This document shows positions 39,239 to 49,033 of a stretch of 64,000 bases of DNA, one piece after another. The translations under genes were made by a program, and so were the position numbers. The notes under the pieces are model-generated. The model had not been told where the DNA came from. It saw only the letters and a program-made list of their open reading frames with translations, and did not search any database. The stretch's first letter is position 1. Each line of letters begins with the position of its first letter. The DNA is from Spirochaetia bacterium (GTDB taxonomy: Bacteria > Spirochaetota > Spirochaetia > UBA9216): positions 1-64,000 of the forward strand of contig OZ223268.1 of the NCBI GenBank assembly GCA_965140585.1, read 5' to 3'.

Positions 39239-40357
39239 ATGAATACAAGGTTTATTTATCCTACAATTACAGCCATCGCAATATTTCAGTCCTTCTTTTA
39301 CTTTCTGCTTCTTCTTAAAGAAAAGAGTAAAAACAGGAGCAATCTGTACCTGGGATTCCTTGTTCTGTCTCTTGGTTTAAGCTTGACATTTGAGATAATC
39401 TATCCGACAGACTGGTATGAATATCTGCATTTTCTGATTAAGAGCTATGTCCCATGCCAGTTTCTGATTGGCCCCTTCCTCTTCTTTTATATCAGATCTC
39501 TGACCAGTGAAACTCCACGCTTCAGAAGGATAGATTTAATCCATTTCCTTCCGTTTATAGCTGTTATGATTTACCTTGGTCCGTTTTTTCTGTCACCGGT
39601 AGAGGATAAAATCGAATATGCCAGAGCATATGTTATCCAGGGGCGCGATAACTTTATCGAAGAATGGGTAATCTGGCTGGGTATGCAGACTTCATTATGG
39701 GTGTACGGTATTAAAAGCCTGCTACTAACTCACCCGGTTTTTCAGGAACTTAGGAAAAAGAAAGATATCAGAATGTTCCTGAAGAACTGGCAGCTGCTGC
39801 TTTATTTTGCAATATTTCTTACACTGGTTCTATATCTGGCCGGCAGTATAATGATGCTCGCCGGATGCAAGCTCTGCGAATTCAACCACACAATAACCCT
39901 CATGTTGACTATAATGATCATGGGTCTCGGTCTTGTAGGAATGAACCGTATGGACAGGGTAACAAAACCCCTTGTACTGAAAAGAAAGGGCAAACCGCTG
40001 AGCAACAGCGAAATAATGAATCAGATTACAGAAATACTTAATCAGCACAAATACTACCTGGACCCCGAGCTGACACTTGAGGGCCTGGCTAAAAACCTTG
40101 AAATTTCACGTACTGAACTCTCAAAAATAATTAATCAGAACTGCGGTAATAATTTTTACGATTATATAAATTCCTTCAGAACCGATGAGTTTATCAACAG
40201 ACTGCGGCTTGCTGAATACAAGAACAGAAATATTCTGGACATAGCCTTTGATGCCGGTTTCAATTCAAAATCAACGTTCAACCGGGTATTCAAGGAACAA
40301 ACCGGAAAAACGCCTCTGCAATATAAAAAAGACCTCGCAAAAATCAATGCTGAATAA
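39239..40357 (+). CDS. Membrane-anchored AraC family regulator
   Basis: About 7 N-terminal TMs; YLDPELTL, NFYDYINSFR, DIAFDAGFNSKSTFNRVFK..TGKTP. Confidence 0.92.
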   Translation: MNTRFIYPTITAIAIFQSFFYFLLLLKEKSKNRSNLYLGFLVLSLGLSLTFEIIYPTDWYEYLHFLIKSYVPCQFLIGPFLFFYIRSLTSETPRFRRIDLIHFLPFIAVMIYLGPFFLSPVEDKIEYARAYVIQGRDNFIEEWVIWLGMQTSLWVYGIKSLLLTHPVFQELRKKKDIRMFLKNWQLLLYFAIFLTLVLYLAGSIMMLAGCKLCEFNHTITLMLTIMIMGLGLVGMNRMDRVTKPLVLKRKGKPLSNSEIMNQITEILNQHKYYLDPELTLEGLAKNLEISRTELSKIINQNCGNNFYDYINSFRTDEFINRLRLAEYKNRNILDIAFDAGFNSKSTFNRVFKEQTGKTPLQYKKDLAKINAE

Positions 40358-40382
40358 TACCTCCGGCTATGTCCGTACCGTT

Positions 40383-41456
40383 CTACTGCTCAAGAATATG
40401 AATTGAATTTGGATCCATCGAGAATGAAAGATTCTCACCTACTCCGATAGTCACCTTCCGCATTGGATTGTTCTCTGATATTTCATATGTCTGTCCAAAC
40501 AGCTCAACCTCATATTCATGATGCGATCCCATAAATACACTCTTCGTAACAGGGGCGCTGAAACCCTTTCCGCCGATTATGAAAGATTCAGGGCGAATCA
40601 TAAACTTGACAGTTTCGCCGACGGCATGGCCTGTGGTTTTTTCAGTTTCATATACAACACCATGTATATCCAGTGATACTTTATCTGCCTTTTCAGAGAT
40701 TATCTTTCCTTCGAGGATATTTGCACGTCCGATAAACTGTGCGACAAAGTCATTAACCGGTTTCTGGTATATTTCATGCGGGGAGCCGACCTGCTGAATG
40801 GCGCCGTCTTTCATTATTACGATCTTGTCTGAAAGCCCCATCGCCTCTTCCTGGTCATGAGTAACATATATGGAAGAAATCCCGACCTGTTTCTGAATTT
40901 TACGTATTTCATCTCGCATATGAAGCCGAAGTTTAGCATCAAGGTTTGAGAGAGGCTCATCAAAAAGAAGAACTCCCGACTCCATTATCAGAGCTCTTGC
41001 CAGAGACACCCGCTGCTGCTGGCCTCCGGACATTTCAGACGGAACCCTGTCTGCAAAATCTTCCATTTTCATCAGGCCGAGTATTTTTGCCACTCTCTGC
41101 TTAATCTCAGATTTGGGAAGCTTCTGCAGTTTCAGCCCGTATGCAATGTTATCATAGACATTCATATGCGGAAAAAGCGCATAATTCTGGAAAACCATGG
41201 CAGTGTCGCGCTTATCCGGGGTCAGGTTAGCTACATTCTTATCACCGATGTATATTTCCCCGGATGTCGGGATCTCAAATCCCGCAAGCATTCTGAGGGT
41301 TGTAGTTTTACCGCAGCCTGAAGGCCCCAGCAGACAGACAAACTCGCCGGGTTCGATAATCAGATTAACATTATCTACAGCTTTTACCTGTTCATTTTTA
41401 TTTGTAATGAAGGTCTTGGTAAGATTCTTCAGTTCTACTTTAATCTTGTTATTCAT
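40383..41456 (-). CDS. ABC ATPase, AfuC/FbpC/PotA-like
   Basis: GPSGCGKT, MSGGQQQR, LLFDEPLSNLD, TOBE tail. Confidence 0.95.
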   Translation of the reverse strand: MNNKIKVELKNLTKTFITNKNEQVKAVDNVNLIIEPGEFVCLLGPSGCGKTTTLRMLAGFEIPTSGEIYIGDKNVANLTPDKRDTAMVFQNYALFPHMNVYDNIAYGLKLQKLPKSEIKQRVAKILGLMKMEDFADRVPSEMSGGQQQRVSLARALIMESGVLLFDEPLSNLDAKLRLHMRDEIRKIQKQVGISSIYVTHDQEEAMGLSDKIVIMKDGAIQQVGSPHEIYQKPVNDFVAQFIGRANILEGKIISEKADKVSLDIHGVVYETEKTTGHAVGETVKFMIRPESFIIGGKGFSAPVTKSVFMGSHHEYEVELFGQTYEISENNPMRKVTIGVGENLSFSMDPNSIHILEQ

Positions 41457-41474
41457 TATGCACTAACTCCATAT

Positions 41475-43175
41475 TTATTCGGTACTGATATTTTTCACAA
41501 AGATCTTTATTACAAGCATTGCCGCACTGACTATCACGATCAGCAGTGTACAGTATGCTGATGCTACTCCCATTTTACCGACATCAATCTGAGCCATAAT
41601 GGTTGTAGTCAGTAGCTTGTATCTGGCTGAAATAAGAAAGATAACTGTACTAACCAGGGTCATACTTCTGGCGAATGTAAAGATAAGGCCGTTGAGAAAG
41701 GCGTTTTTAATCATCGGGATTGTAATGCTCGTAAAAACTTTCCGGCTGGAAGCGCCGAGGACATTGGCGGCTTCCTCTATGGAAGGATCAATCTGCTGCA
41801 GAGAAGTGATTCCTGAACGAACACCGACTGGGAGACTTCTTATAATGAATGCCATGATAATTATAAAGGCCGTACCCGTGATAGGCGGTATAAGCGTCAG
41901 GCCGAATATACTGTAGGTTTTATTGTAGCTGATAACATACCCCAGACCAATAATTGTTCCGGGAATGGCAAGGGCCATTATAGTTGTAAACTCTATAAAC
42001 GATTTTCCGAAGAATTTTTTCCTGACAATCAGGAAGGCTATAATCATTGCAAGTATTCCCGACACCGGAGTGGCTATTGCCGACAGCATAGTTGTGGTAA
42101 GAACAGGCTGAAAGAGTTTCGGTTTAAAAACATACCTGTAATGATCGAGTGTAGGCGTATAGTTAACACCCCATAGTTTTACAAAGGAACCTATGGGAAT
42201 GAGTACATACATGAGTATTACAAAGAGAGTAACTATCAGCAGAATTATTGTTGCAGGTAGGGTGACGTTCCGGCTTGTCACAAGGTCGCGGTGTCTTGAA
42301 ACCTTGCCGGTAACCGTAACATATGACTTCTTGCTTACATAGTATTTCTGAAGGACAAAGATGGATATCGAAATTGAAAGCAGAACCATTGCAAGCGCAG
42401 TTGCCGTCCCGAACTGATAATTACCGATTCCCTCCTGATAAATCTTCACAGCTACAGTCGTAAAGTTTCCGCCGATAACTACCGGATTTGCAAAATCGGC
42501 AATCGACTGTATAAAAACAAGAAGAAAGGCGTTTGCAAGTCCCGGGACAGTAAGCGGAAGAGTAACTGATGTGAAAACCCTGAAACGTGATGCTCCCAGA
42601 TCCCTGGAAGCCTCCTCTACTGAGGGGTCAATCCGCTGCAGAAGAGCTACCAGCATCATGTATGCAATAGGAAAGAAGCTTAGCGACTGTACAAGCACCA
42701 GGCCGTGAAAGCCGTAGATTTCGGCATCCTTGATTCCGAACAGGCCGCGGGTTATAAGACCGACACGTCCGAAGAGAAGAATGGCGGAGAGAGCTACAAC
42801 GAAGGGCGGAGAAATAATTGGCAGAACGGCTATAAAATCGAAAATCTTTTTAAACCTTATTTTCAGGTAGGTCGTCGCATACGCAAAAATAAAGCCTACA
42901 ATTACTGAAATTGTAGATGTGACAGCACCCAGGAAAACTGTATTTACAAGGATGCGGACGTTTCCGTACATTGAAAATACAGCCTTGTAGTTTTCAAAAA
43001 TATTAGCTGTCTTTGTTGTCAGACTTTCGACAATGATATTGTACAGAGGGATTATTATAAAAAAGGTTACCAATGCAAGGGTGAATATAATAACAGCAAG
43101 CAGCGCCGGATCGTTTTTCAGACTTGCAAGGATCTTGAGTTCACTCTGAAGTTTCAGTTTTCTGGAGTTTTTCAT
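41475..43175 (-). CDS. Fused ABC permease, AfuB/FbpB-like
   Basis: Two EAA loops (EEASRDLGAS, EEAANVLGAS); ADFANP. Confidence 0.93.
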   Translation of the reverse strand: MKNSRKLKLQSELKILASLKNDPALLAVIIFTLALVTFFIIIPLYNIIVESLTTKTANIFENYKAVFSMYGNVRILVNTVFLGAVTSTISVIVGFIFAYATTYLKIRFKKIFDFIAVLPIISPPFVVALSAILLFGRVGLITRGLFGIKDAEIYGFHGLVLVQSLSFFPIAYMMLVALLQRIDPSVEEASRDLGASRFRVFTSVTLPLTVPGLANAFLLVFIQSIADFANPVVIGGNFTTVAVKIYQEGIGNYQFGTATALAMVLLSISISIFVLQKYYVSKKSYVTVTGKVSRHRDLVTSRNVTLPATIILLIVTLFVILMYVLIPIGSFVKLWGVNYTPTLDHYRYVFKPKLFQPVLTTTMLSAIATPVSGILAMIIAFLIVRKKFFGKSFIEFTTIMALAIPGTIIGLGYVISYNKTYSIFGLTLIPPITGTAFIIIMAFIIRSLPVGVRSGITSLQQIDPSIEEAANVLGASSRKVFTSITIPMIKNAFLNGLIFTFARSMTLVSTVIFLISARYKLLTTTIMAQIDVGKMGVASAYCTLLIVIVSAAMLVIKIFVKNISTE

Positions 43176-43198
43176 TATTGCTCCTGATATATTGTATG

Positions 43199-43229
43199 GA
43201 AAACCGGAAGCCCGACTGGAGCCTCCGGT
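43199..43229 (-). terminator. Hairpin between binding-protein and permease genes (partial terminator or stabiliser)
   Basis: Minus strand ACCGGAGGCTC-loop-GGGCTTCCGGT then TTT. Confidence 0.55.
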
Positions 43230-43249
43230 AAATCTTTTTATTGAAAATC

Positions 43250-44293
43250 CTACTCGGTAGGTGCTGTTGTGCTTGTTTCAAGACTGAAACGCTCAACAAG
43301 ACGTTTTTTGTTTTCACCTGCCCACTGGAAGTTGTAGTCAATAAGCTTGGTATCCTTTATCGGCATGGCTTCTTCAGGCGGAAGAGCATCCTTATTTGTA
43401 AGGAACTGGAAAGATCCTACAGTCTTGCCCATTTCCTGAACTCTTTTTGTAAGAACCCAGTCTATGAACATCTTTGCATTTTCCTGATCAGGTCCGTTCT
43501 TAAGAAGTGCAACACCTCCTATTTCATAACCTGTCCCCTCAAGAGGAGCAGAAATTATAATATCCTTGTATCCTTCCTTTTTATACTTGATAGCATCATG
43601 CAGGAAGGTAATTCCAACAGTTGTTTCACCAAGACCGGCCATTCTGCCCGGTGCAGTACCTGATTTGGTGTACTGTCTTACATTCTGGTTGAATTTTTTA
43701 AAGTATTCCATTGCCTGGTCCTCACCCATCATCTGAACGAGTGTAGCAAGCATAGTATAAGCTGTTCCTGATGAACCCGGATGTGCAACTACAATTTCCT
43801 GATTGTATTCAGGCTTTAGCATATCCGCCCATGAAGTCGGCATTTTAAGACCTTTCTCGGCAAGCATTGCCTGGTTTCCTACGAAGCCGAGGTAGCCGAT
43901 GTAGATACCGGTCCATACACCGTTGGGATCCTTGAATCCGTCGCGTATGTTTACAGCTTCAGGAGAAATATAGTGTTCAATTATACCTTCCTGATCTGCA
44001 GCAACAATACCGTCAACCGGACCGCCGTACCATACTGAGGCTGTCATATTGTCTTTTTCAGCCTTAAGTCTGGCAAGAATTTCACCGCTGCTCATTCGGA
44101 CAAATTCGGTCTCGACACCGAATTCAGCTTCGAATTCCTCAGCAATCATAGCGGCATGGTCTTCCTGAAGACCCGCATAGAAAACAAGTTTTCCTTTATC
44201 CTCTGAAGCTGCTTCCTGTGAACCGCCTGCAAATACGGCAGCAGAAGCCATAATAAACAGCACAAGGGTAAGAGCTGTCATTTTTTTTAACAT
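43250..44293 (-). CDS. ABC substrate-binding protein, AfuA-like (sugar-phosphate binding subfamily)
   Basis: VWYGG, SSGTAYT, QYTKSG, GITFLHD, EGTGYEIGG and KLIDY match Actinobacillus AfuA as I recall it. Confidence 0.85.
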   Translation of the reverse strand: MLKKMTALTLVLFIMASAAVFAGGSQEAASEDKGKLVFYAGLQEDHAAMIAEEFEAEFGVETEFVRMSSGEILARLKAEKDNMTASVWYGGPVDGIVAADQEGIIEHYISPEAVNIRDGFKDPNGVWTGIYIGYLGFVGNQAMLAEKGLKMPTSWADMLKPEYNQEIVVAHPGSSGTAYTMLATLVQMMGEDQAMEYFKKFNQNVRQYTKSGTAPGRMAGLGETTVGITFLHDAIKYKKEGYKDIIISAPLEGTGYEIGGVALLKNGPDQENAKMFIDWVLTKRVQEMGKTVGSFQFLTNKDALPPEEAMPIKDTKLIDYNFQWAGENKKRLVERFSLETSTTAPTE

Positions 44294-44364
44294 TTCATAT
44301 CCTCCTTAATGATATTATAAATACTATAAATCAGGAGTATCGAATTGGAAACTGCAGGGAATCA

Positions 44365-44406
44365 ATTGTAACCATACTGTTACGGCATTGTAACCCTATT
44401 GTAACT
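44365..44406. promoter_or_regulatory. Four 11-bp-phased direct repeats, candidate OmpR/PhoB-type boxes
   Basis: ATTGTAACC (44365), ACTGTTACG (44376), ATTGTAACC (44387), ATTGTAACT (44398). Confidence 0.75.
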
Positions 44407-44489
44407 TGCAAAAACAGCTTATCCGTGTTCAGACAGCATCAATAAAAAAAATATAGACATAGAAACAATTAACTGTACAATAATAGATA

Positions 44490-45737
44490 ATGTTCAGCCG
44501 GTTCAATCAGCAGGATAAGCTGCGTACAACTGTAAATATAAGCCGCCTTGCAAGGCTTCCGCTCCAGACTTCAGCTGCAGCTCTTTATTTTTATGCGGTA
44601 CTCAGTCAGCAACGAATAATCTATGCAGTCCTTGTAATAGTCAGCGCCGCATACTTTACCTTCTATTTATTCTGCAGCCTGACCAGACAGTATCACCTGC
44701 TTAACAGTCATGCGACATCTATTCCGGACATGCTTATTACCGGAGCTTTAATGCTGTTCATTTCACCCTTTTTAATGCTGCCCTTCGTATATATCCTCAC
44801 TGCCGAACTGGTTCTTGAGAAACAGCACCGGAATGTCATTATAATTTTTACAGTGCTTACATCAGCTGCAATGATTTTTCAGCTGATTTACGGAGGCCGG
44901 TTTTTATTTCTCGCCTTTCTGCTGCCGGCAGTCTGCGCGCAGATCGGTGTCGCTATAATTCTTTACATTCAGAACAGCACAAATAAAACTAAATATGAAT
45001 ACATGAAGAAGCTTGTAGACAATAAAAACAAGCTGCTTTCAACGCTCACACATGAACTCAGAACTCCCCTCTCTGTGATAAAAACCTCAAATGAGCTGAT
45101 AATGGAGGAGAGACCGGGCCCCATTAACGATACGCAGAAAGCGCTTATTCATTCATCCATCGAAAATACCAAAAGACTTAACGCTCTGGTGGAAAACATC
45201 CTCTCACAGGTAAAGGTTGAGTTCGCCTGGTTTTCGATGAAGCATCAGCCTATTGATATTAGAAATATAATCAGGAAAACAGTACTGGATATTAAACCCT
45301 ATCTCGATACCAGAGGGCAGAAACTGAAATATAATTATCCCTCACTGATGTCAAAGACAATCGGAGACAGAAAATGGCTTGAACAGGTACTGCTTAATCT
45401 TATCCATAACGGAAGCAAAAACAGTCCCGAGGGTTCCGAACTGCTGATTTCCGTTCAGGAAAACGAACAGTGCATTGTCGTTTCTGTTCATGACAGGGGG
45501 TCGGGAATAGAAAACAGAGAGATACCGCATGTGTTCAATGAGTTCTACCAGTCAACTGATCCCTCAAAAAACCTGAACGACGGTGCAGGACTCGGTCTTA
45601 CAATAGTAAAAGATATAATAGAACGCCATAAGGGCGAGGTATACATAAGTTCCATGCCGAATGCCGGAACAACTGTCTCATTCACCCTCCCCCTCTATAA
45701 AGGAGTATTCTCTGGAACAGTCAATCCTGATAATTGA
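44490..45737 (+). CDS. Intramembrane-type sensor histidine kinase (HisKA + HATPase)
   Basis: Several N-terminal TMs and no periplasmic domain; LTHELRTPL, NLIHNG, DRGSG, GAGLGL. Confidence 0.93.
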   Translation: MFSRFNQQDKLRTTVNISRLARLPLQTSAAALYFYAVLSQQRIIYAVLVIVSAAYFTFYLFCSLTRQYHLLNSHATSIPDMLITGALMLFISPFLMLPFVYILTAELVLEKQHRNVIIIFTVLTSAAMIFQLIYGGRFLFLAFLLPAVCAQIGVAIILYIQNSTNKTKYEYMKKLVDNKNKLLSTLTHELRTPLSVIKTSNELIMEERPGPINDTQKALIHSSIENTKRLNALVENILSQVKVEFAWFSMKHQPIDIRNIIRKTVLDIKPYLDTRGQKLKYNYPSLMSKTIGDRKWLEQVLLNLIHNGSKNSPEGSELLISVQENEQCIVVSVHDRGSGIENREIPHVFNEFYQSTDPSKNLNDGAGLGLTIVKDIIERHKGEVYISSMPNAGTTVSFTLPLYKGVFSGTVNPDN

Positions 45738-46398
45738 AGACGACCCGCACCTTGTAACAATTCTGGACTTTCTGATGAAGGATGAGGGATACAGCACCCT
45801 TACTGCCGGAAGCGGAGAAGAAGGCCTTAAAATAATCCGGGAGAATATTGTTGATCTTGTGATACTGGATATTAATCTGCCGGGGATCAACGGCCTTGAA
45901 GTCTGCGACCGGATAAAGGAAATGACTCAAATTCCGGTAGTCTTTCTAAGCGCAAGGGATCAGGACAGCGATGTTGTTTCAGGGCTGGAAACCGGAGGTG
46001 ATGACTATATCAGAAAGCCCTTCAACCACCGGGAGCTGATACTAAGGGTGAAAAAGCTGCTGAAAAGATCCCGGCCGCAGAATGATCAAAGTATTATTGA
46101 AACCGGACTTCTGACGATTAAGACAGACAGAGAACAGGTATTCTTTGATTCAAAAGAAATAAAACTGACGCCCATGGAATACCGGCTTCTTGAAGTACTT
46201 GGAAGGAAGCTGGACTGGGTAATATCATGGCAGGTTCTTCTTAAGGAAGCCTGGGGATATGAAGACTGGGACGGCGGGCGTGAGATAATCAAGGTTAATA
46301 TACGCAGACTGAGAATTAAAATTGAGCCGGATCCGGCTCAGCCTGTATACCTGCTGACCGAACGCGGCCGCGGATATAAACTTGCGAGGATTAAATGA
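45712..46398 (+). CDS. OmpR/PhoB family response regulator (probable CTG start)
   Basis: IIEDD, LDINLP, KPF, winged helix VNIRRLRIKIE..RGRGY. AAGGAG lies 6 nt before CTG 45712. Confidence 0.9.
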   Translation: MEQSILIIEDDPHLVTILDFLMKDEGYSTLTAGSGEEGLKIIRENIVDLVILDINLPGINGLEVCDRIKEMTQIPVVFLSARDQDSDVVSGLETGGDDYIRKPFNHRELILRVKKLLKRSRPQNDQSIIETGLLTIKTDREQVFFDSKEIKLTPMEYRLLEVLGRKLDWVISWQVLLKEAWGYEDWDGGREIIKVNIRRLRIKIEPDPAQPVYLLTERGRGYKLARIK

Positions 46399-47480
46399 AA
46401 GACTATCTTCAGCTTAGCGGCATCACAAAGGTCTTTAATCCCGGCAAACAAAACGAGGTGACAGCCCTTGAAGATATTGATCTGAGAGTCAGAGAGGGAG
46501 AGTTTGTAACTATACTCGGACCTTCAGGCTGCGGAAAAACTACAGCCCTCCGAATAATTGCCGGTTTCGAAATACCCACAGCTGGGGATGTCTTCATTGA
46601 CGGCGATAATGTGGCAAAGCTGACCCCCGATCGCAGGGACACATCGATGGTTTTTCAGAACTATGCGCTTTTTCCGCACCTTACAGTATTTGAAAATATT
46701 GCGTACGGCCTGAAGATTAGAAGCCTTTCCAGAGATGTAATCCGCAACGATGTGGCAATGGCCTGCCAGGTGGTTAATATGGTGGGGATGGAAAAGCGCT
46801 TTCCGGGAGACCTGTCCGGTGGTCAGCAGCAGAGGGTTGCCCTTGCCCGGGCCCTTGTGATGAAGCCGAAGATGATTCTTTTTGATGAACCATTATCCAA
46901 CCTTGATCTGAAACTGAGACTACAGACCCGGACCGAAATAAAACGTATACAGCAGCTGCTTGGAATGACAATCCTGTATGTAACTCATGACCAGTCTGAA
47001 GCCTTAAGCATGTCTGATCATGTAATAATCATGAACCATGGGAAAATCATCCAGACAGGGACTCCGGAGGAAATCTACAACAACCCGGCTAATTCCTTTG
47101 TAGCCGATTTTATCGGAAACGCGAATTTCATTTCTGCAGTAGTTGAAGAAACCGAGGGCCGAAGGGTGACCGTCCGACTTGGGAAGAGACTCATCATCAT
47201 AGAACAGGAAACCCCAGCGGAATCATTCTCGGAAGGCGAAGAAATATATCTGGCAATTAAGCCTGAAGCTGTGCATTTTTCAGATTCAAAAACAGATTTT
47301 TCAGGAATCGTAGAAGTAAAATCATTTATCGGACCGTACACCGAGTACAAGATTGAATTTGAGGGTTCATTTATAAACGTCTACCTGCCTAATCAGGGCG
47401 CAGATATGAAGATTTACCGGCCCGGGGACAGAGTATATATGGTTTTCGATAACAGCCGATTCCATATCTACAAGAAATAG
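46395..47480 (+). CDS. Second AfuC/PotA-like ABC ATPase, paralog of 40383-41456
   Basis: GPSGCGKT, LSGGQQQR, DEPLSNLD, VTHD all intact; ATGA overlap with the response regulator. Confidence 0.93.
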   Translation: MKDYLQLSGITKVFNPGKQNEVTALEDIDLRVREGEFVTILGPSGCGKTTALRIIAGFEIPTAGDVFIDGDNVAKLTPDRRDTSMVFQNYALFPHLTVFENIAYGLKIRSLSRDVIRNDVAMACQVVNMVGMEKRFPGDLSGGQQQRVALARALVMKPKMILFDEPLSNLDLKLRLQTRTEIKRIQQLLGMTILYVTHDQSEALSMSDHVIIMNHGKIIQTGTPEEIYNNPANSFVADFIGNANFISAVVEETEGRRVTVRLGKRLIIIEQETPAESFSEGEEIYLAIKPEAVHFSDSKTDFSGIVEVKSFIGPYTEYKIEFEGSFINVYLPNQGADMKIYRPGDRVYMVFDNSRFHIYKK

Positions 47481-47547
47481 AATACACCCCCTTGCATCAA
47501 ACAGGTTCTGAAGTTACAATTTCATTTTAACATTTCATGCAATAGAC

Positions 47548-49032
47548 ATGATGCATTTTCAAAGTTCAGTAAGATCTCACAGCAGACACCATCTTGAACT
47601 GAAAACGGATTATCCGCTCGACAGGACTTCCGGAATAACAAGATACAGAACAGATTTATACTTTTTTTTTCCTAATCAGTTGAATATGAATGAAAAAGTA
47701 TTCGGGATCGGACGCATTTTAAGAAATATTAAAATGTACACCCGATTCTCTACTCCCAAGATGTCTCTGAAGATGCTCTCTGATCATACAAATGAATTAA
47801 GCCCGATACACAGAATAAGGGCTCTGCTTGAAACTCCTGAAACAGAAATGCCCAGGCAGAGAGATCCGCTGATCTATGAGCTTCAGGTTCTCTCCAATAT
47901 CTACCGTGCAGAGCTGGAAAATACCGTAGAACTCATCTCACTGGAAATCCAGAAGCAGAACAGAGAAAATACGTGCAGAAAAAAGATTGAAGATTTCATA
48001 TCTGAAATAAAAGATTTTCTGAGTGAATTCAGAAAACTGCACACCCTGTTCCTTTCGCCGAGACTCACTGATATGCAGCGCACGGCTCTTGCCTGGTGTG
48101 ATGAATCGATAAGCATTATATCAGAACGCTCTATGAACAGGTTATTTTCATCAGCTGAACTTATTGAAAAATCGGACAAAATACTTCCTGCTATTGAGAA
48201 ACTTGCAAAGAACGAGACTGCATACCGGCGCTCGATGGATTACAAATATCTGTATGACGAGTCAAACCCCAACATGGGCGAACTTCTGGCATACCGTGAA
48301 AGCATGCTCAAGAAATGGGCTCAGTCCGCTATGTATATGACCAGGGAGGAAAATCCAAACCAGAGACGCGTCGGTCATATTCTTGCGGGAACGGCCGCCG
48401 GGGTGGCAATGCTTTTTGCTGTAATAGCAACCATTTTTGCCGGTAAAATCTTTATTCCGAATACTATTCCATGGGTCCTTGTTATTATTCTTTCTTATAT
48501 CTTCAAAGACAGAATCAAGGAAGTGCTCCGTGAAGGACTTAGAAAACTCTTTCCAGTCTTCACCTCTGACCAGCATTCATTCCTCTATGATAAATACGAT
48601 GATACCAGAGTCGGTTCGGCAAGCTCGCTTGCCGAGTTTACGAAGGCCGGCAGAGTTCCGGAAGATATTCAGCGTGAAAGAAATACCGACCCCAATCCTT
48701 TTCAGTCCATCCTGCCGGAACAGGACGTTCTGCACTATCGGCGTATAATAGATTTAAACTCTAAGAAGCTTGAAAAAAATCATACCAGACTGACAGGCAT
48801 AACAGAAATATTACGATTTCAGATTGCAGACTGGCTGCGGGAAATGGATGATCCCAAAGATATTTTCTACCGCCTGGACGGACTGAAGAAAATCAAAATA
48901 AAGGGAGACAGGGTATATAAGATTCATCTTGTCATGAGTCTGAACGCCGACTTATATCATTACAGTGTCATTATGAACAGGGCGGGAATTCTGCGTATCG
49001 AGGAGCTTTCTTTACCGTCACAGTATATGTAA
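47548..49032 (+). CDS. Hypothetical protein with two C-proximal TM helices
   Basis: 494-aa ORF; TM pair AGTAAGVAMLFA...WVLVIILSYIFKDRIKE. Confidence 0.8.
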   Translation: MMHFQSSVRSHSRHHLELKTDYPLDRTSGITRYRTDLYFFFPNQLNMNEKVFGIGRILRNIKMYTRFSTPKMSLKMLSDHTNELSPIHRIRALLETPETEMPRQRDPLIYELQVLSNIYRAELENTVELISLEIQKQNRENTCRKKIEDFISEIKDFLSEFRKLHTLFLSPRLTDMQRTALAWCDESISIISERSMNRLFSSAELIEKSDKILPAIEKLAKNETAYRRSMDYKYLYDESNPNMGELLAYRESMLKKWAQSAMYMTREENPNQRRVGHILAGTAAGVAMLFAVIATIFAGKIFIPNTIPWVLVIILSYIFKDRIKEVLREGLRKLFPVFTSDQHSFLYDKYDDTRVGSASSLAEFTKAGRVPEDIQRERNTDPNPFQSILPEQDVLHYRRIIDLNSKKLEKNHTRLTGITEILRFQIADWLREMDDPKDIFYRLDGLKKIKIKGDRVYKIHLVMSLNADLYHYSVIMNRAGILRIEELSLPSQYM

Positions 49033-49033
49033 T

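Noticed and set aside
40383-44293. Ferric-iron or polyamine ABC transporter call
   Set aside because: Same superfamily, but the binding-protein motifs (SSGTAYT, YTKSG, FLHD, GTGYE) fit the AfuA sugar-phosphate subgroup better; not proven without a binding assay
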